Below the pieces are notes generated by a model. The model saw only the letters and a list, made by a program, of their open reading frames with translations, was not told the origin of the DNA and ran no database searches. Positions 29,946 through 42,964 of a stretch of 64,000 nt of DNA are shown in pieces (position 1 is the stretch's first letter; the number at the start of each line of letters is the position of its first letter). The stretch is from NCBI RefSeq assembly GCF_009914755.1, contig NC_060940.1; one strand, given 5' to 3'. The position numbers and the translations under genes are program-made. Source of the stretch: the human T2T-CHM13v2.0 reference genome, Homo sapiens.

Positions 29946-31222
29946 CAAAACAAAGTAAGCAGAAGAGAGTGATTAGCATCACAGCTCCCCGGCCCCCCGG
30001 CCCTCACCTTAAACCCAGTGCTGATGAACAGAAATGTCCTCCAAACCATGGGAGTCAGGCCCAGCAGAGTGTAAAATGACTCTGCTGCACTGGCTGATGT
30101 CTGGGGAAAGGGGAGAGCTCCTCCCCTTGCAAACTGGAGAAAATTCGCATATTGGCTGGAAGTTGCATAACTATAATTCTCTTGCTCAGACAATTGGATC
30201 CTGAACCTCCAAATGAGGTAATAATTATACAGCCTGAGGAATCTGAACAGCATGGAGGAGAAACGCCAGCAAAAGCCAGCAGAGGAGAAGTTCTAACGGG
30301 ACTGGGAAACGTGAGCCTGACCAGAGGTCTTGCGGCTGCTTTGTTTCTGAAGACTGCAAGTTCTCGGCCAGGGCACTGTTGAACCCTGCGGTGGTGGGGG
30401 TAGGGGTGGATGTCTGCTGCAAAGGGCAGACATTATAGATAAAATTCCCCACATTGTTTCTACCAGGCACCTCTGCCATCACCAGATGGTTCTTGACCCT
30501 GCAGAGCTGCCACAGTCGTGGCAGGACAGTTTGCCCTCCTGGGCTCAGGGCCTAGATGCAGCAGCTCCTCCAGTCACTATGACAACCAAAACCATCCTGT
30601 GCATTTCCAAACAGCCCTTGGGTGGTACCACCCCCAATTAGTGACTGCTCAAGAGGTCAGGAAAAGAGAGTGACGCTTAAGTCAGAAGCAACTGCTTCCT
30701 CCACCCTGATGTGGAAGGGCGTCACCAAAGTCCTGGGGGACACTGTGAATGTACTAAATCCACCAAATTGAGTGCTTTAAAATGGCTAATTTTGTACACT
30801 TATATGAATGTCGCCTCAATTTTTAAAATACCTCCTCAGCAATTACATTTAGGAAACACCAACAAGGACAGAGAAAGACACAAACCAGGGGTCCCATCCT
30901 GCATGCTAGAAGGATGCATAAGCCCTGCAGGAACTTACATCCCCCAGCAAAAAGAGAAGGAGAAAGGGTGCAGAAAAAAAACTGACCCCCACCCAAAAAA
31001 GACACAGAATTTTCAACCAGATATGACTGAAGTCCTTGGAACAGAAAGATTTGGTCTCACAGCTCTGAGTGAAAATGGAACCTCAAGAGTTCAGTTTAAT
31101 TATTTACCATTAAGGAAAAACACATTTGTGCACACCTGACTTAGAAACTGTGAGTCAAGGTGAAAGGCTCAGAGCAGATTGAATTTTGTTATAGGGATAT
31201 AAAGAAATGTGACATTTTTTGT

Positions 31223-31941
31223 CAGTTAGAATGGTGATCATTAAAAAGTCAGGAAACAACAGATGCTGGAGAGGATGTGGAGAAATAGGAACGCTTTTAC
31301 ACTGTTGGTGGGAGTGTAAATTAGTTCAACCATTGTGGAAGACAGTGTGGTGATTCCTCAAGGATCTAGAACTAGAAATACCATTTGACCCAGCAATCCC
31401 ATTACTGGGTATATACCCAAAGGATTATAAATCTATAAAGACATATGCACACGTATGTTTATTGCAGCACTGTTCACAATAGCAAAGACTTGGAACCAAC
31501 CCAAATGCCCATCAGTGATAGACTGGATAAAGAAAATGTGGCACTTATATACCATGGACTACTATGCAGCCATAAAAAAGGATGAGTTCATGTCCTTTGC
31601 AGGGACATGGATGAAGCTGGAAATCATCATTCTCAGCAAACTAACACAAGAACAGAAAAGGAAGCACTGCATGTTCTCACTCATAAGTGGGAGCTGAACA
31701 ATGAGAACACATGGACATCGCGGGGCAGGACTCATCACACACCGGGGCCTGTCGGGGGGTTGGGGCTTGGGGGAGGGATAGCATTAGGAGAAATACCTAA
31801 TGTAGGTGATGGGTTTATGGGTGCAGCAAACCACCGTGGCACATGTCTGCCTATGTAACAAACCTGCACATTCTGCACATGTACCCCAGAACTGAAAGTA
31901 TAATAAAATAAAATAAGATAAAATAAAATAAAATAAAATAA
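31223..31941 (+). mobile_element. 5'-truncated primate L1PA 3' end with (AAAAT)n tail
   Basis: cagttagaatggtgatcattaaaaagtcaggaaacaacagatgctgg...aacctgcacattctgcacatgtaccccagaac. Confidence 0.97.
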
Positions 31942-32189
31942 AGAAATTGTGAGTCAATATCTGTACTGCAAGCCTGGTTTCATTTCCATTGTATGAACAA
32001 GTCTTGGGAAAGCTAAACCACTTGTCCAGGAGTTACAGTTAATACCTCATACATGAACCTGGGCAACCTAATCCCAGAGCCCCAGCTCATACTCACTCCT
32101 TCTACCACCTCCCAGGTGAAGAGAGTTCACCTGAGCAAAGGAGCAGAGAATTAAAATACATGTATGTTTGCAGAAATATGCAAAACTTG

Positions 32190-32994
32190 CATCATGGAGA
32201 TGATGATAGTGATTATGGTGATGGTGGTGACAGTGATGATGGTGATGATGATGACGGTATGATCATGGTGATGGTGATGATGGTGGTGAGGGTGATGACA
32301 ATGGTGATGATGGTGATGGTGATGACGGTGGTGTCACTGATGGTGATGATGGTGGTGATGATAGTGATGGTGATGATGATGGTGGTGATGGTGATGGTGC
32401 TGATGGTGGTGATGATAGTGATGGTGATGATGGTGGTAATGGTGATGGCAATGGTGATGGTGGTGATGGTGATGGTAATGATGGTGGCATCAGTAATGGT
32501 GGTGATGATAGTGATGGTGATGATAATGGTGATGATGGTGATGATGATGGTGATAATAGTGATGATGGTAATGGTGATGATGGTGATGATGGTGGCCATG
32601 TTAATGATGGTGATGATGGTAATGGTGGTGATGGTGGTCATGTTAATGATGGTGATGATGGTAATGGTGGTGATTGTGATAATGGTGATGCTGATGGTGG
32701 TGATGATGCTGGTGATGATGGTGATGGTGATAATGGTGATGGTGATAATGGTGATGGTGATGGTGATGATGGTGATGGTGATAATGGTGGTGATGGTGAT
32801 TATGATGGTGATGGTGATGATGATGGTGATGGTGGTGATGGTGATGATAATGGTGATGATGGTGATGATGGTGGTGATGTTAGTGATGGTGATGTGGATG
32901 ATGGTGATGGTGGTGGTGGTGGTGATGGTGATAATGGTGGTGATGGTGATGATGATGGTGCTGATGGTGATGGTGGTGATGGCAATGATGGTGA
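32190..32994. repeat. (GAT/GGT)n trinucleotide-mosaic array
   Basis: atggtg and gatgat units. Confidence 0.97.
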
Positions 32995-33441
32995 CTATTT
33001 CGGTCTTCTCAGGCTGTCACAACAAAATACCATAGACAGGGTGGCTTAAAAAACAGAAATTTATTTCTCACAGTTCTTGAGGCTGGGAAGTTCAAGATCA
33101 CAGTGCCAACATGGTTAGGTTCTGGTGAAGGCTATCTTCCTGACTTGTAGATGGCTACATCTCCCTGTGTCTTCACATGGCGAGGAGAAAGAAAAAGAGA
33201 GAGGGAGAGAGAAGGAGAGGCGGGGGGGAGGGAGGTGCAGAGAGAGAGAGAGAGAGAGACAGCACACGTACACTCTAGTGTTTCTTCCTATACTGACATT
33301 AAACCCATCATAGAGGCTCCACCCTCATGACCTCATCTAAACTTAATTACCTGTCAAAGGCCCCATCTCCAAATGCCATCACGTTGGACGTTAGGGCTTC
33401 AACATGCAAATTTGGGGTGGGGGCACATTCAGTCCATAATA
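32995..33441 (-). mobile_element. MLT1A-like MaLR LTR followed by (GAT)n
   Basis: caaaataccatagacagggtggctta...atttctcacagttct...cattcagtccataata. Confidence 0.88.
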
Positions 33442-33675
33442 GTGATGATGATGATGATGATGATGATGATTATAGAGACGGTGACAATATGCGTGGGACA
33501 GGGTGGCCTTAATGATTTATTCAGGAAAAGTATTAAAAATGCTTTGTACAATTCTTGGCACTAAGCCCTCAGTGAATGCCAGCTATGATGACTGTTGTTT
33601 TCGCAATAAGATTCTGGTTTTAAATCTGACTAAGCAATTTCATGTATATTTATAAGCATCTCTCAATATGTGACC

Positions 33676-34290
33676 TGTATTAACTGAGACCCTTTAGTTT
33701 GTAAATAGCTGATTTATGCCAATTGGGGAAATTAACTGCTTCTCTTAACTAGAAGGTCTAGCTTCCATTAACATAGACTAAGAGGCTCAAACAATGTCTC
33801 CAAATCTTGGTCTCTCTCTGTCCCTTGATGGTTTTCTCTGAGCCAGTGTTGTTTTAAGTAGGCTCTCCCTGGGGGTGGTAAGGAGCTTCTGGCATCCTCA
33901 AGTTCAAATCCTCACAGTTCAGCAATCCCAGGACAAAGAGAATTTCTCTTTCTTGGGGCTACAGCAAAAGATTCCTCAAGGGCTCTCAGTTGAGTCATTT
34001 GGGATAAATAACATCTCTGGACCAATCGCAATGGTCAGAAAGGGTGGAGTATTCTGGAACTCCTGGCCTCAAGGGATCTTCCAGCCTTAGCTTCCTAAAA
34101 TGCTAGGATTACAGGTGTGAGCCACCGCACCCAGCCTAGGATGGAGTGATCTCATGGCTGATACTGGGTCACATGCCCACCCCAAACCAGGTTGACTGGA
34201 AGTGGAGGGAACATGATTCTTTGAAGGGAAACTCAGGTGCTAGTAACAGGAGAGATGAGTGCTGAGAGAGCACAATCAACAGCTGAGCAC
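33676..34290. mobile_element. Old MLT1-type LTR with a short antisense Alu fragment (34055-34137)
   Basis: ctgggtcacatgcccacccc motif; aactcctggcctcaagggatc...gagccaccgcacccagcc. Confidence 0.5.
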
Positions 34291-35814
34291 TGCATGTTCA
34301 TGGCTTGGACAAGCCTGCTCAATAGGGAAAACATCTATTTACCTGTCGAGTGTTTGCCATACACCAAGCAAGGGTGTTGTGCTCTTCAGCCTATCCCCTG
34401 CAGAAGACCCAAGTAGAACTGAAGAAACTGGGCTTCTTACCCAGCCCCTAAGAGAGAGGCTTGGGCCACCACGGCCTTGGATGAGAGAAGACATCCCCTT
34501 CCTTGGTTCTTCCATTACAGCAATGAAGTCACAATGAAGGGGAGGAACTGCCCAGTTGGGCAGCGCAATGGGAAGGAGCCCACCCACGACTGTGGATGTT
34601 TAACCAAAGCCTTCCTGTAGGAAAGCAGGAAAGACTGGGTGGCCTGAGGGCAAGGTATGCTGGGTGGGTCTCCTTACTCAGAAAGGCCAGCGCCAGCAAA
34701 CCACCGGGTCAAAGTTTGTCCCCTGAGAGCCCTTGGTTTGAGTTCATTCTTCTCAAGTGATATCATGAGGCATCTTTCTTCTGGAGGAGGAAAGAAAGTA
34801 TTTCCCCCAGGAATGCACAATCAAAAGGTTGTTTCTGAGATTAGGCAGATCATAGGAGCTGCAGAATTGAAAGTGGAGTGTGAATGAATGTGTGTGAGTG
34901 TGTTGTAGAAGAAGAAAGAATTAAGTGTGGACTTTTAGCATGAAATACTGTTCTTGACATCAGTTTCATTAATTTACATAGTGGATAAATTGTATGCTTA
35001 CTCAGTAATCCATAGACTCAGCACATTGGATTATTAATCTACCTTACTTTGAGTGTATTTGTGAGAATGTGTATGTATGTGAGTGTGAGAGAGTGTGTGT
35101 GTATGTATGTGTGTGTGATATTATATGAGTAGGGAGAGGGAGAGTGTAGGGAGACTTCAGGTCATCCTAGAAACGAATCCTCTAAAACTAATTATGGTAA
35201 CAGCTAGTATTCATTGAGCATGTCCTATGAGCTAGGCACTGAGTGAGTGCTCTCCAGATCTTGTCTCCTTTGATCTCAGGGCAGCCAAATGAAGTGAGGG
35301 ATGGACTATTGTTGTTATTTATTTCAGACGACAGTACTGCTGCTCAGAAAAGGTGACCAAAGTGGCCAACATTGCAACCTGGACCTGGGACTCAAACCCA
35401 AATCTGTCTGATTCCTAAACTGCAATCTTCCCACCAGATTCTGTGGCCTCCCACTACCTGAAAAATGGTTTTTCTCTGTCTCCTCACCTAGGAATGGAAA
35501 TATCACTGAAACTAAAGAAAACGACCCTCCAGTCCAGTGGGTGCAAACTGGGGACTTCAGCTGGATTCACCCCTCAGGTGGCTTCTGTTTGGCCACCACC
35601 TTGTTTGGTAAGAATTTGGATTTAATTATCCTCGGGCAGCTTGTCATAGTCTCAGCATTCCACATTTCCATGTACCCCCAAATTCCAATCAGGTATGTTA
35701 TCTGCCTGGCTACGAAAGGTGTTAGAGTTCATGACCAAATGCTAGTCCTAATTGTCAGGTGGCTCTTTGTAAAAGTGAACTGCCTTCCTTGATATAGCTC
35801 TACTTTCTGTACAT

Positions 35815-36320
35815 AGATGTTGTCTTTCCCATTATGATGAGGATCATGGTGGTGGTGGTGATAGTGTGACAATGGCAAAACGATGATGATTTTGGTGATG
35901 GTGGTGAAAATGATCATGATTATGATGATAGTAGGGTTGGTGATGATGATGGTGACATTAATGATGGTGAGGAGAAGAAGGATGGGGGAATGGTGATGGT
36001 AAGGAGGATGATGGTGATAATGGTGACAGTGATGATGGTAAATGATGATAAGGATGGGAGCTCCAGTGGTGCAGTTGGTTCTGCACGCAGTACTTATTTG
36101 ATGATAAGGATGGTAGCAATAACAGTAAGGATTATGGTAAAGATGGTGATAATGATGGCGAGGATGTCAGTGATGGTGATGGTGATGATGATGGTGAAGG
36201 TGATGATGGCGATAGTGAAAATGATGACGGTGCTGATGGTGATGTGGTGATGATAGTGATGGTGAGGTGATGATGATGGTGATGGTGCTAATAAGGATTA
36301 TTGTGGTGATGGTGATGTTG
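35815..36320. repeat. Degenerate (GAT/GGT)n array
   Basis: gatgatggtg units. Confidence 0.92.
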
Positions 36321-36879
36321 TGTCGGGGCTTAATCACGGAAGTGGAAGCACTGAGAAATATAGAACAAGGGACTTGTTATAGGTACTCAATGTCACTCAT
36401 TCATGGGAGCTGGTTAAACTCCCAAGACTTCCATGGAAGGCTGTGGGCTGTGGCTGGTGCTGGGCCTGAAGTCAGCAGGGCAGACAGTCGAGAGGATGGA
36501 TGTGAAATGAGGGAGAGCAGAGACAAGTTGGCCCCACATCTGCTTCTCACAGCCTCCCATTTTGCTGATCCAGGTCTCCCACATGAAAAGCTGGTGCCTT
36601 TCATCACGAAGCTGCTCTCACCCCATTCCTAGATTCTGAAACCTGAAGTGGGAAATCCACGTTGCTGGAGAAGCCACAAACCACACCAGCCAGGTGTGCC
36701 ACCCCACACCAGCCAGGTGAGAAAGAAGATCGGTGACAATGTGTGTAAGCTGCAACAACACTTTCCCTGTAGCCACCTTTGGGGCATAAAGAAGGGTCTC
36801 CTGTAGCCCCCACTGACCTGGATCCACAGACACAAAAATCTGGGAAATGTAGTTCCAGCTGGAGTAACAGTGATGGCAA

Positions 36880-37075
36880 CAGAAATAACAATAACGAAAG
36901 ACATGCATTTAGGATCTATACCAAGCGCCTCCCATGTATCATTTCATTTAACTCCAGTTTCATCCACATAGTTCTGATGGGCTTGTGCGGTTTTCAACTC
37001 CATTTTACAAAGCAGTGGTTAAGTGACTTGCCCCGGTTCCCTCAGCTGGAGAATGTCTGAGCTGGGATTCCGCCC
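36880..37075 (-). mobile_element. MIR
   Basis: atcatttcatttaactc...ccattttaca...ggttaagtgacttgccc. Confidence 0.7.
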
Positions 37076-37282
37076 TGCACACATCTCCACTGTGTAACCT
37101 GAAGCTACCAGCATATGCTCATCACGTCTAGCCCAAAGCAAAGACAACTCTTGGTTATGGCTTTATGTCAGTATAAAGACGTGTTTTGGAATTTTAAAAC
37201 AATTCATGGGCCCTTCTTTATCACCTTCACAGAGCTCTCAAGGTCCTAGGGTACAGTATGGGATGTGTTGATCTGAATAAAA

Positions 37283-37671
37283 TTGTTCAGCCATGAAGGT
37301 GTACCACCGAGGTCCTCAGCTGCAGGGAATGTGGTCAGTTAGCCGTCTGCCCCTTTTGGGGGCCTGTGCCAGCTTCAGAGAGCCACTTAGCCCAAGCCAC
37401 ACCCTTCCTGGGGCAGTCACATCTCATGTCTAAAAGGCGGGAGTGTAAGTGCCTTGGCATTTCGTCCAAGGCAGATGCTCTGATGGACAGATAGTCCTTG
37501 CTCCAGGCATCCCACCAGACTGGCCAGTGTTCTATCAGATTACGTCAAAGTCTGACTTCTCCCTCTGCCCAATCCTGTTTGTTCTGCCTTCCTTTCACGG
37601 GTATTGATCCAAAGAAAAACTTGTACCCCAAACTGTCTTAGAATCGATTCCCAGAGAGCCCAACCTGTGAC
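37283..37671 (+). mobile_element. LTR16A-like ERVL solo LTR
   Basis: gcccaagccacacccttcctggggcag...acttctccctctgcccaatcctg...cccaacctgtgaca. Confidence 0.75.
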
Positions 37672-38989
37672 AGATACGGTGAAGAATTTTGTCCTTTTTC
37701 CCCTCAGTTATACAGTCTCAAGGTGGGTGGATCATGGGTACATTTGTTAGACATCCTCCCATACCCACCTCTGATACCCTCAGTTCTCTGAGTCAGGGCT
37801 TTGGGTTGACGATGGAGACGGAAAGGAAGAAGGAAGAAAGGAGGGAAGGAAAGAGGGAAAAAAAAGAGGAGGGAAGAGGAAGGGAGAGAGGGAAAGAAAA
37901 GGGGAGAAGCCAGCACCTTCCCAGACCCCACAGTTCCCTCCTGACTGAACACACTACAGGAAATCAGTGTATCACTCCTTTTCCCAACTGAAAAGAAAAA
38001 TGTCTTAAAGACCAGAAGAAGATCAGGAACACGGAGGTCTTTAATGCTGAGCCTGGCACCCAGGCCCTGTGTGGCAGCAGCAGCTGCTCTTGCCCCATCG
38101 TGAGGGATTTTCTAGGCTTATTTCCATTGTTTGATGAAAGCATGTCAGGCCATAACTCTTAACGTGTACACAACCTCACTCTTCAACCCATACCTTTCTG
38201 CAGGTGTTAGGAGAGAGCTCAACCTCCGTCTTAGGGCCTGACTTCTGGTTTGCGGCTGGGTCAACAAATCCCACTTTGCTTGGTAACAAGGAGACCTGCA
38301 TCCCTCCCACCGGGTTCATCTTTCCATTGACAGTTCAGCAGAAAAGGCCTTTGGGTTTGACAGCCACCCTCTGAGCTCTCCGCAGCAGGAGGAAAACGTC
38401 AGAGAGCCCTTGAGGCCCTGTTTCCTCACCAGAAGGAAGGTGGCTGACACAGCCATGATCACCCCCAATCTGGAGGCTCAGACTAGAGTGGCCCCAAATC
38501 CTTGGGGACAAGGCCAGAAAGTGGATGTGGCCACACAGACAGGTAAGGGTCACCTGGGAGGTGAGGTGCGGTCTCGAAGGTGCTGCGCCACACACCCAAA
38601 TTCCAAGGACAGAGACATCCACATGGATGTCCCACAGATAATCAGGAGGCCTCATGCCCTCTCCCCGGGCAGGGGTGACAGCTCCTCCGACTTGCCTCTC
38701 AGCTCACAGAAGTTGAAATCTACCAAGGACATGCATGGCACACGGGCGTGTACACACACTCGTCTGACTCACACCTCATCCTCCCTTTCGCTTCAGCTGG
38801 GGAAGGAGGTGGAAAGGTGATGTTCAAGACTGGAGGGTAATTTGCCCAAGAATGCAGTGAGCAAACATCTTAAAACACCACGGAGAGCCTCTGAAAACTG
38901 ATTAGAACCATTTGTGTGGCCAACAAGAATGAGGGCCGCCGAGAACTGGAAGCCGGGGACAATATCTGCTCTGTTCTGGCGCATAGCAG

Positions 38990-39960
38990 ATGCCAGCGCG
39001 GCTTCTGACTTTATAGCTTTTTCTTGGCCTGTGCGGATGAAGGAGGCTGATTGAAACCGGGCCGGTGCTGGATGGGGAACAGCCTCCCCGAATGTGGCAC
39101 AGGACCTTGCAGCCAGGCTGTCCTCCTCGCCGACTCTGGCTCCGCTGGCCACGCACGACAGGCGGGCGGATCTCTCACTCTCTCGGGCTCGACGACGGGA
39201 CCCCAGGCCAGGCTGAGAAGCAGAGCCTCGCGGCATCTGTCAGCCCCCAGGGAGCTCACACGGGCCCCAGAAACGGGAGAAAGACACGTGGGTCTCCCAC
39301 AGCCCCTCCCGCAGCGGGGCTTTGGGAGGGGCCGTCCAGGCCGGGGCTGAGCTGCGCACACTCGCTGTGTGGTCTGCCCTGAGCCCCAGACTTTTCGCCC
39401 GTCCACTTCACCGGCGGTGACTCAGGCTTGGGTAAGAAAACACCCGGTTTCCCAGCAGACTGGGACCGAGAGTCCCGGAACCCAGGCGCGGTGTCCCTGG
39501 TGCCCACTGAGGGGCTGGCATTTAAGGCGCCTGCCGGCCCCTCGTCCTTTCCTGGGGCCTTTCGGAGAATCCGCGCAGCGCCCGCTTCCCTGCCAGGGGG
39601 TGAGGCCCACGGGAGGAAGCTGGAATGCGGACTGGAAAATGAAAATGCCCTGTTAATGAGCAGCCAGCAAAGACGGGAAACGCCAGAGTTTCCAGGAAGG
39701 GGCTTTGGAGAGCGGGCGCTCGGGCCCTGGGCCTCAGTGGCCGTGTGCAGAAAATGAGGGCCGATCCCGGTGGCTGGGGCCGGCCCAGGCCACCCAAGGT
39801 GTGAGTGGCACAGCTGAGCTCGGACCCCTGACCCCAATTCAGGGCTCCTTCCGCTAGGGCGAGCCCACCACCCGCGCAGAGCCCCTGACAGCTTCCCCAA
39901 GCCAGGCGGCAGCCCTAGGGAGGTTGCTCTGCTCCCCTAAGGGGAGGGCTCCAGGCAGGC
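38990..39960. promoter_or_regulatory. CpG-rich, GC-rich unique segment (CpG-island-like)
   Basis: High CG dinucleotide density by eye; AP-1 site TGACTCA at 39418-39424; donor-like GG|GTAAGA at 39432. Confidence 0.55.
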
Positions 39961-40039
39961 ACCATCTCACCTGCGTTTCACTCAACCACCTGAGGCGGAG
40001 CTGACCCTCCAGCATGGATCCCACCGCAGACCAGAGCAC

Positions 40040-41905
40040 AGATCTGATCCCAACACGGACCTGACCCCCAGCACGGACCTGACCCCCAGCACGGACCTGA
40101 CCCCCAACACGGACCTGATACCCAACACGGACCTGACCCCCAACACGGACCTGACCCCCAGCACGGACCTGACCCCCAACACGGACCTGATCCCCAACAC
40201 GGACCTGACCCCCAACACGGACCTGACCCCCAGCACGGACCTGACCCCCAGGTGTGGACCTAACCCCCAGCACGGACCTGACCCCAGGGCGCGGACCTGA
40301 CCCCCAGCGCGGACCTGACCCCCAGCACGGACCTGACCCCCAGCACGGACCTGACCCCCAGGTGTGGACCTGACCCCCAGGTGTGGACCTGACCCCCAGG
40401 TGTGGACCTAACCCCCAGCATGGACCTGACCCCAGGGCGCGGACCTGACCCCCAGCGCGGACCTGACCCCCAGCGCGGACCTGACCCCCAGCACGGACCT
40501 CACCCCCAGCACGGACCTGACCCCCAGCACGGACCTGACCCCAGGGCGTGGACCTGACCCCCAGCACGGACCTGATCCCCGAGCTCGGACCTGACCCCCA
40601 GCACGGACCTGACCCCCAGCACGGACCTGACCCCAGGGCGCGGACCTGACCCCCAGCACGGACCTGACCCCCAGCACGGACCTGACCCCAGGGCGCAGAC
40701 CTGACCCCCAGCACGGACCTGATCCCCGAGCTCGGACCGGACCCCCAGCACGGACCTGACCCCCAGCACGGACCTGATCCCCGAGCTTGGACCTGACCCC
40801 CAGCACGGACCTGACCCCAGGGCGCAGACCTGACCCCCAGCACAGACCTGACCCCCAGCACGGACCTGACCCCCAGGTGTGGACCTAACCCCCAGCACGG
40901 ACCTGACGCCAGGGCGCGGACCTGACCCCCAGCACGGATCTGACCCCCAGCACAGACCTGACCCCCAGCACGGACCTGACCCCCAGCACGGACCTGACCC
41001 CAGGGTGCAGACCTGACCCCCAGCAAGAGTCTGACCCCAGGTCATGGACCTGCCCCACCCCCGGGTGCAGACCTGACCCCCAAGCGGATCTGACCCCCAG
41101 CACGGACCTGACCCCCAGCGCGGACCTGACCCCCAGCACGGACCTCACCCCCAGCACAGACCTCACCCCCAGCACGGACCTGACCCCAGGGCGCGGACCT
41201 GACCCCAGGGCGTGGACCTGACCCCCAGCACGGACCTGATCCCCGAGCTCGGACCTGACCCCCAGCACGGACCTGACCCCCAGCACGGACCTGACCCCAG
41301 GGCGCGGACCTGACCCCCAGCACGGACCTGACCCCCAGCACGGACCTGACCCCCAGCACGGACCTGATCCCCGAGCTCGGACCGGACCCCCAGCACGGAC
41401 CTGACCCCCAGCACGGACCTGACCCCAGGGCGTGGACCTGACCCCCAGCACGGACCTGACCCCCAGCACGGACCTGATCCCCGAGCTGGGACCTGACCCC
41501 CAGCACGGACCTGACCCCCAGCACGGACCTGACCCCAGGGCGCAGACCTGACCCCCAGCACGGACCTGACCCCCAGCACGGACCTGACCCCCAGGTGTGG
41601 ACCTAACCCCCAGCACGGACCTGACGCCAGGGCGCGGACCTGACCCCCAGCACGGATCTGACCCCCAGCACAGACCTGACCCCCAGCACGGACCTGACCC
41701 CCAGCACGGACCTGACCCCAGGGTGCAGACCTGACCCCCAGCAAGAGTCTGACCCCAGGTCACGGACCTGCCCCACCCCCGGGCGCAGACCTGACCTCCA
41801 AGCGGATCTGACCCCCAGCACAGACCTGACCCCCGAGCTCGGACCTGACCCCAAGCTTAGATGTGACCTGAGCTCGGATCTGACCCCGTCAGAGTGCAGA
41901 TCTGA
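40040..41905. repeat. VNTR, 18-bp unit GCACGGACCTGACCCCCA with 19-bp variants, about 100 units
   Basis: Direct tandem units; 6-aa periodic ORFs (LGVRSV/GGQVRA/WGSGPC). Confidence 0.98.
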
Positions 41906-42014
41906 CACCCAGTAGGGATCTGACTCCTGAGCACGTCCAATTAAGGCTCTGAAAGATGTGTGGCCCCTTCCTTCCTCCCACAGTGCGTCACGTGTTGTGT
42001 TTCATGCTCAAGGA

Positions 42015-42570
42015 AGGGTGTGTATGTGTGTCCGAGTGAGACAGAGGTAAAGTATGTGTGAGAGCGTGCATGAATGTGTGTATGAGAGTGTGAGAGTGAG
42101 GGTGTGAAATTGAGAATCAATGTGTGTGTGAAAGTGTGACGGAGTGTGCAAGCGTATGAGCGTGACTCTGGACGAATGCATGCATGCAGACGTGTTTTGA
42201 GGCTGAATGTGTTTTGAGTGTGTGTGAGTGCATATGTATGTGAGAATATGTGAGTGCATATGAGTGCATATGTGTTTGTGTGACTGCATGTGTGTGTGAA
42301 TGTGAGATTGTGCGTGTGTGTGAATTCGTGTGAGTGCATGTGTGTATGTGTGAAGACTGCATAAGTGTGAGTGCATGTGTGTGAATTTGTGTGCACGTGT
42401 GTGAGTGTATGAGTGCATGTGTGTATGTGTAAATGTGAGTATATGTGTACGTGAAGAATGCATAAATGTGTGTGAGTGCAGGTGTGTGTGTATGTGTGAA
42501 GACTGCGTAAGTGTGAGTCAGTGCATGTGTGTGTGAGAGGGTGAGTGTGTGAGAGCGTGTGTGTGTGATA
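42015..42570. repeat. Degenerate (TG)n/(TGAG) array
   Basis: gtgtgtgagtgcatg units. Confidence 0.92.
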
Positions 42571-42816
42571 TTTACTGAGCCCCACACCCACTCCTGTCCC
42601 AGACGGCCACACGCCCCTGTGCTGGGCACTAACAATACAGAGGCCACCAGGTTGTAACTCCCACCCCAAAGAAGCGACGATCCAGCCGAGGACGCTGAAC
42701 GCACCTCTAGAATGCAGTGCAATAGGGCACAGACCCATAGTTCCTCGAGGACCGGGACAGAATGTCCTCTCCCTCCCGAAGCTCAGTGCTGAGCACATGA
42801 CTGATGCTAACATGCA

Positions 42817-42940
42817 TGGTTGGTGGTTGGTGGCTTGTTGTTGGTGGCTGGTTGTTGATGAGCTGATTGGTTGGTTGGGTAGTTGGTTGGGTGGGTGGAT
42901 CATTGTTCATTAGTTGGTTGGTTACTGATGTTAGTTGGCT
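42817..42940. repeat. (TGGT)n degenerate repeat
   Basis: tggttggt units. Confidence 0.85.
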
Positions 42941-42964
42941 GGCAGAAAACAAAAACCAGATAAG

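Noticed and set aside
31455-31697. ORF MFIAALFTIAKTWNQPKCPS...
   Set aside because: C-terminal remnant of L1 ORF2 in a 5'-truncated element, not a gene.
32160-33035. 291-aa Met/Val ORF (also the Gly/Asp ORF at 44867-45574)
   Set aside because: Translations of trinucleotide-mosaic repeats.
39854-41908. Repetitive ORFs or CRISPR-like array
   Set aside because: Head-to-tail 18-bp VNTR with no unique spacers; eukaryotic context with no cas genes.
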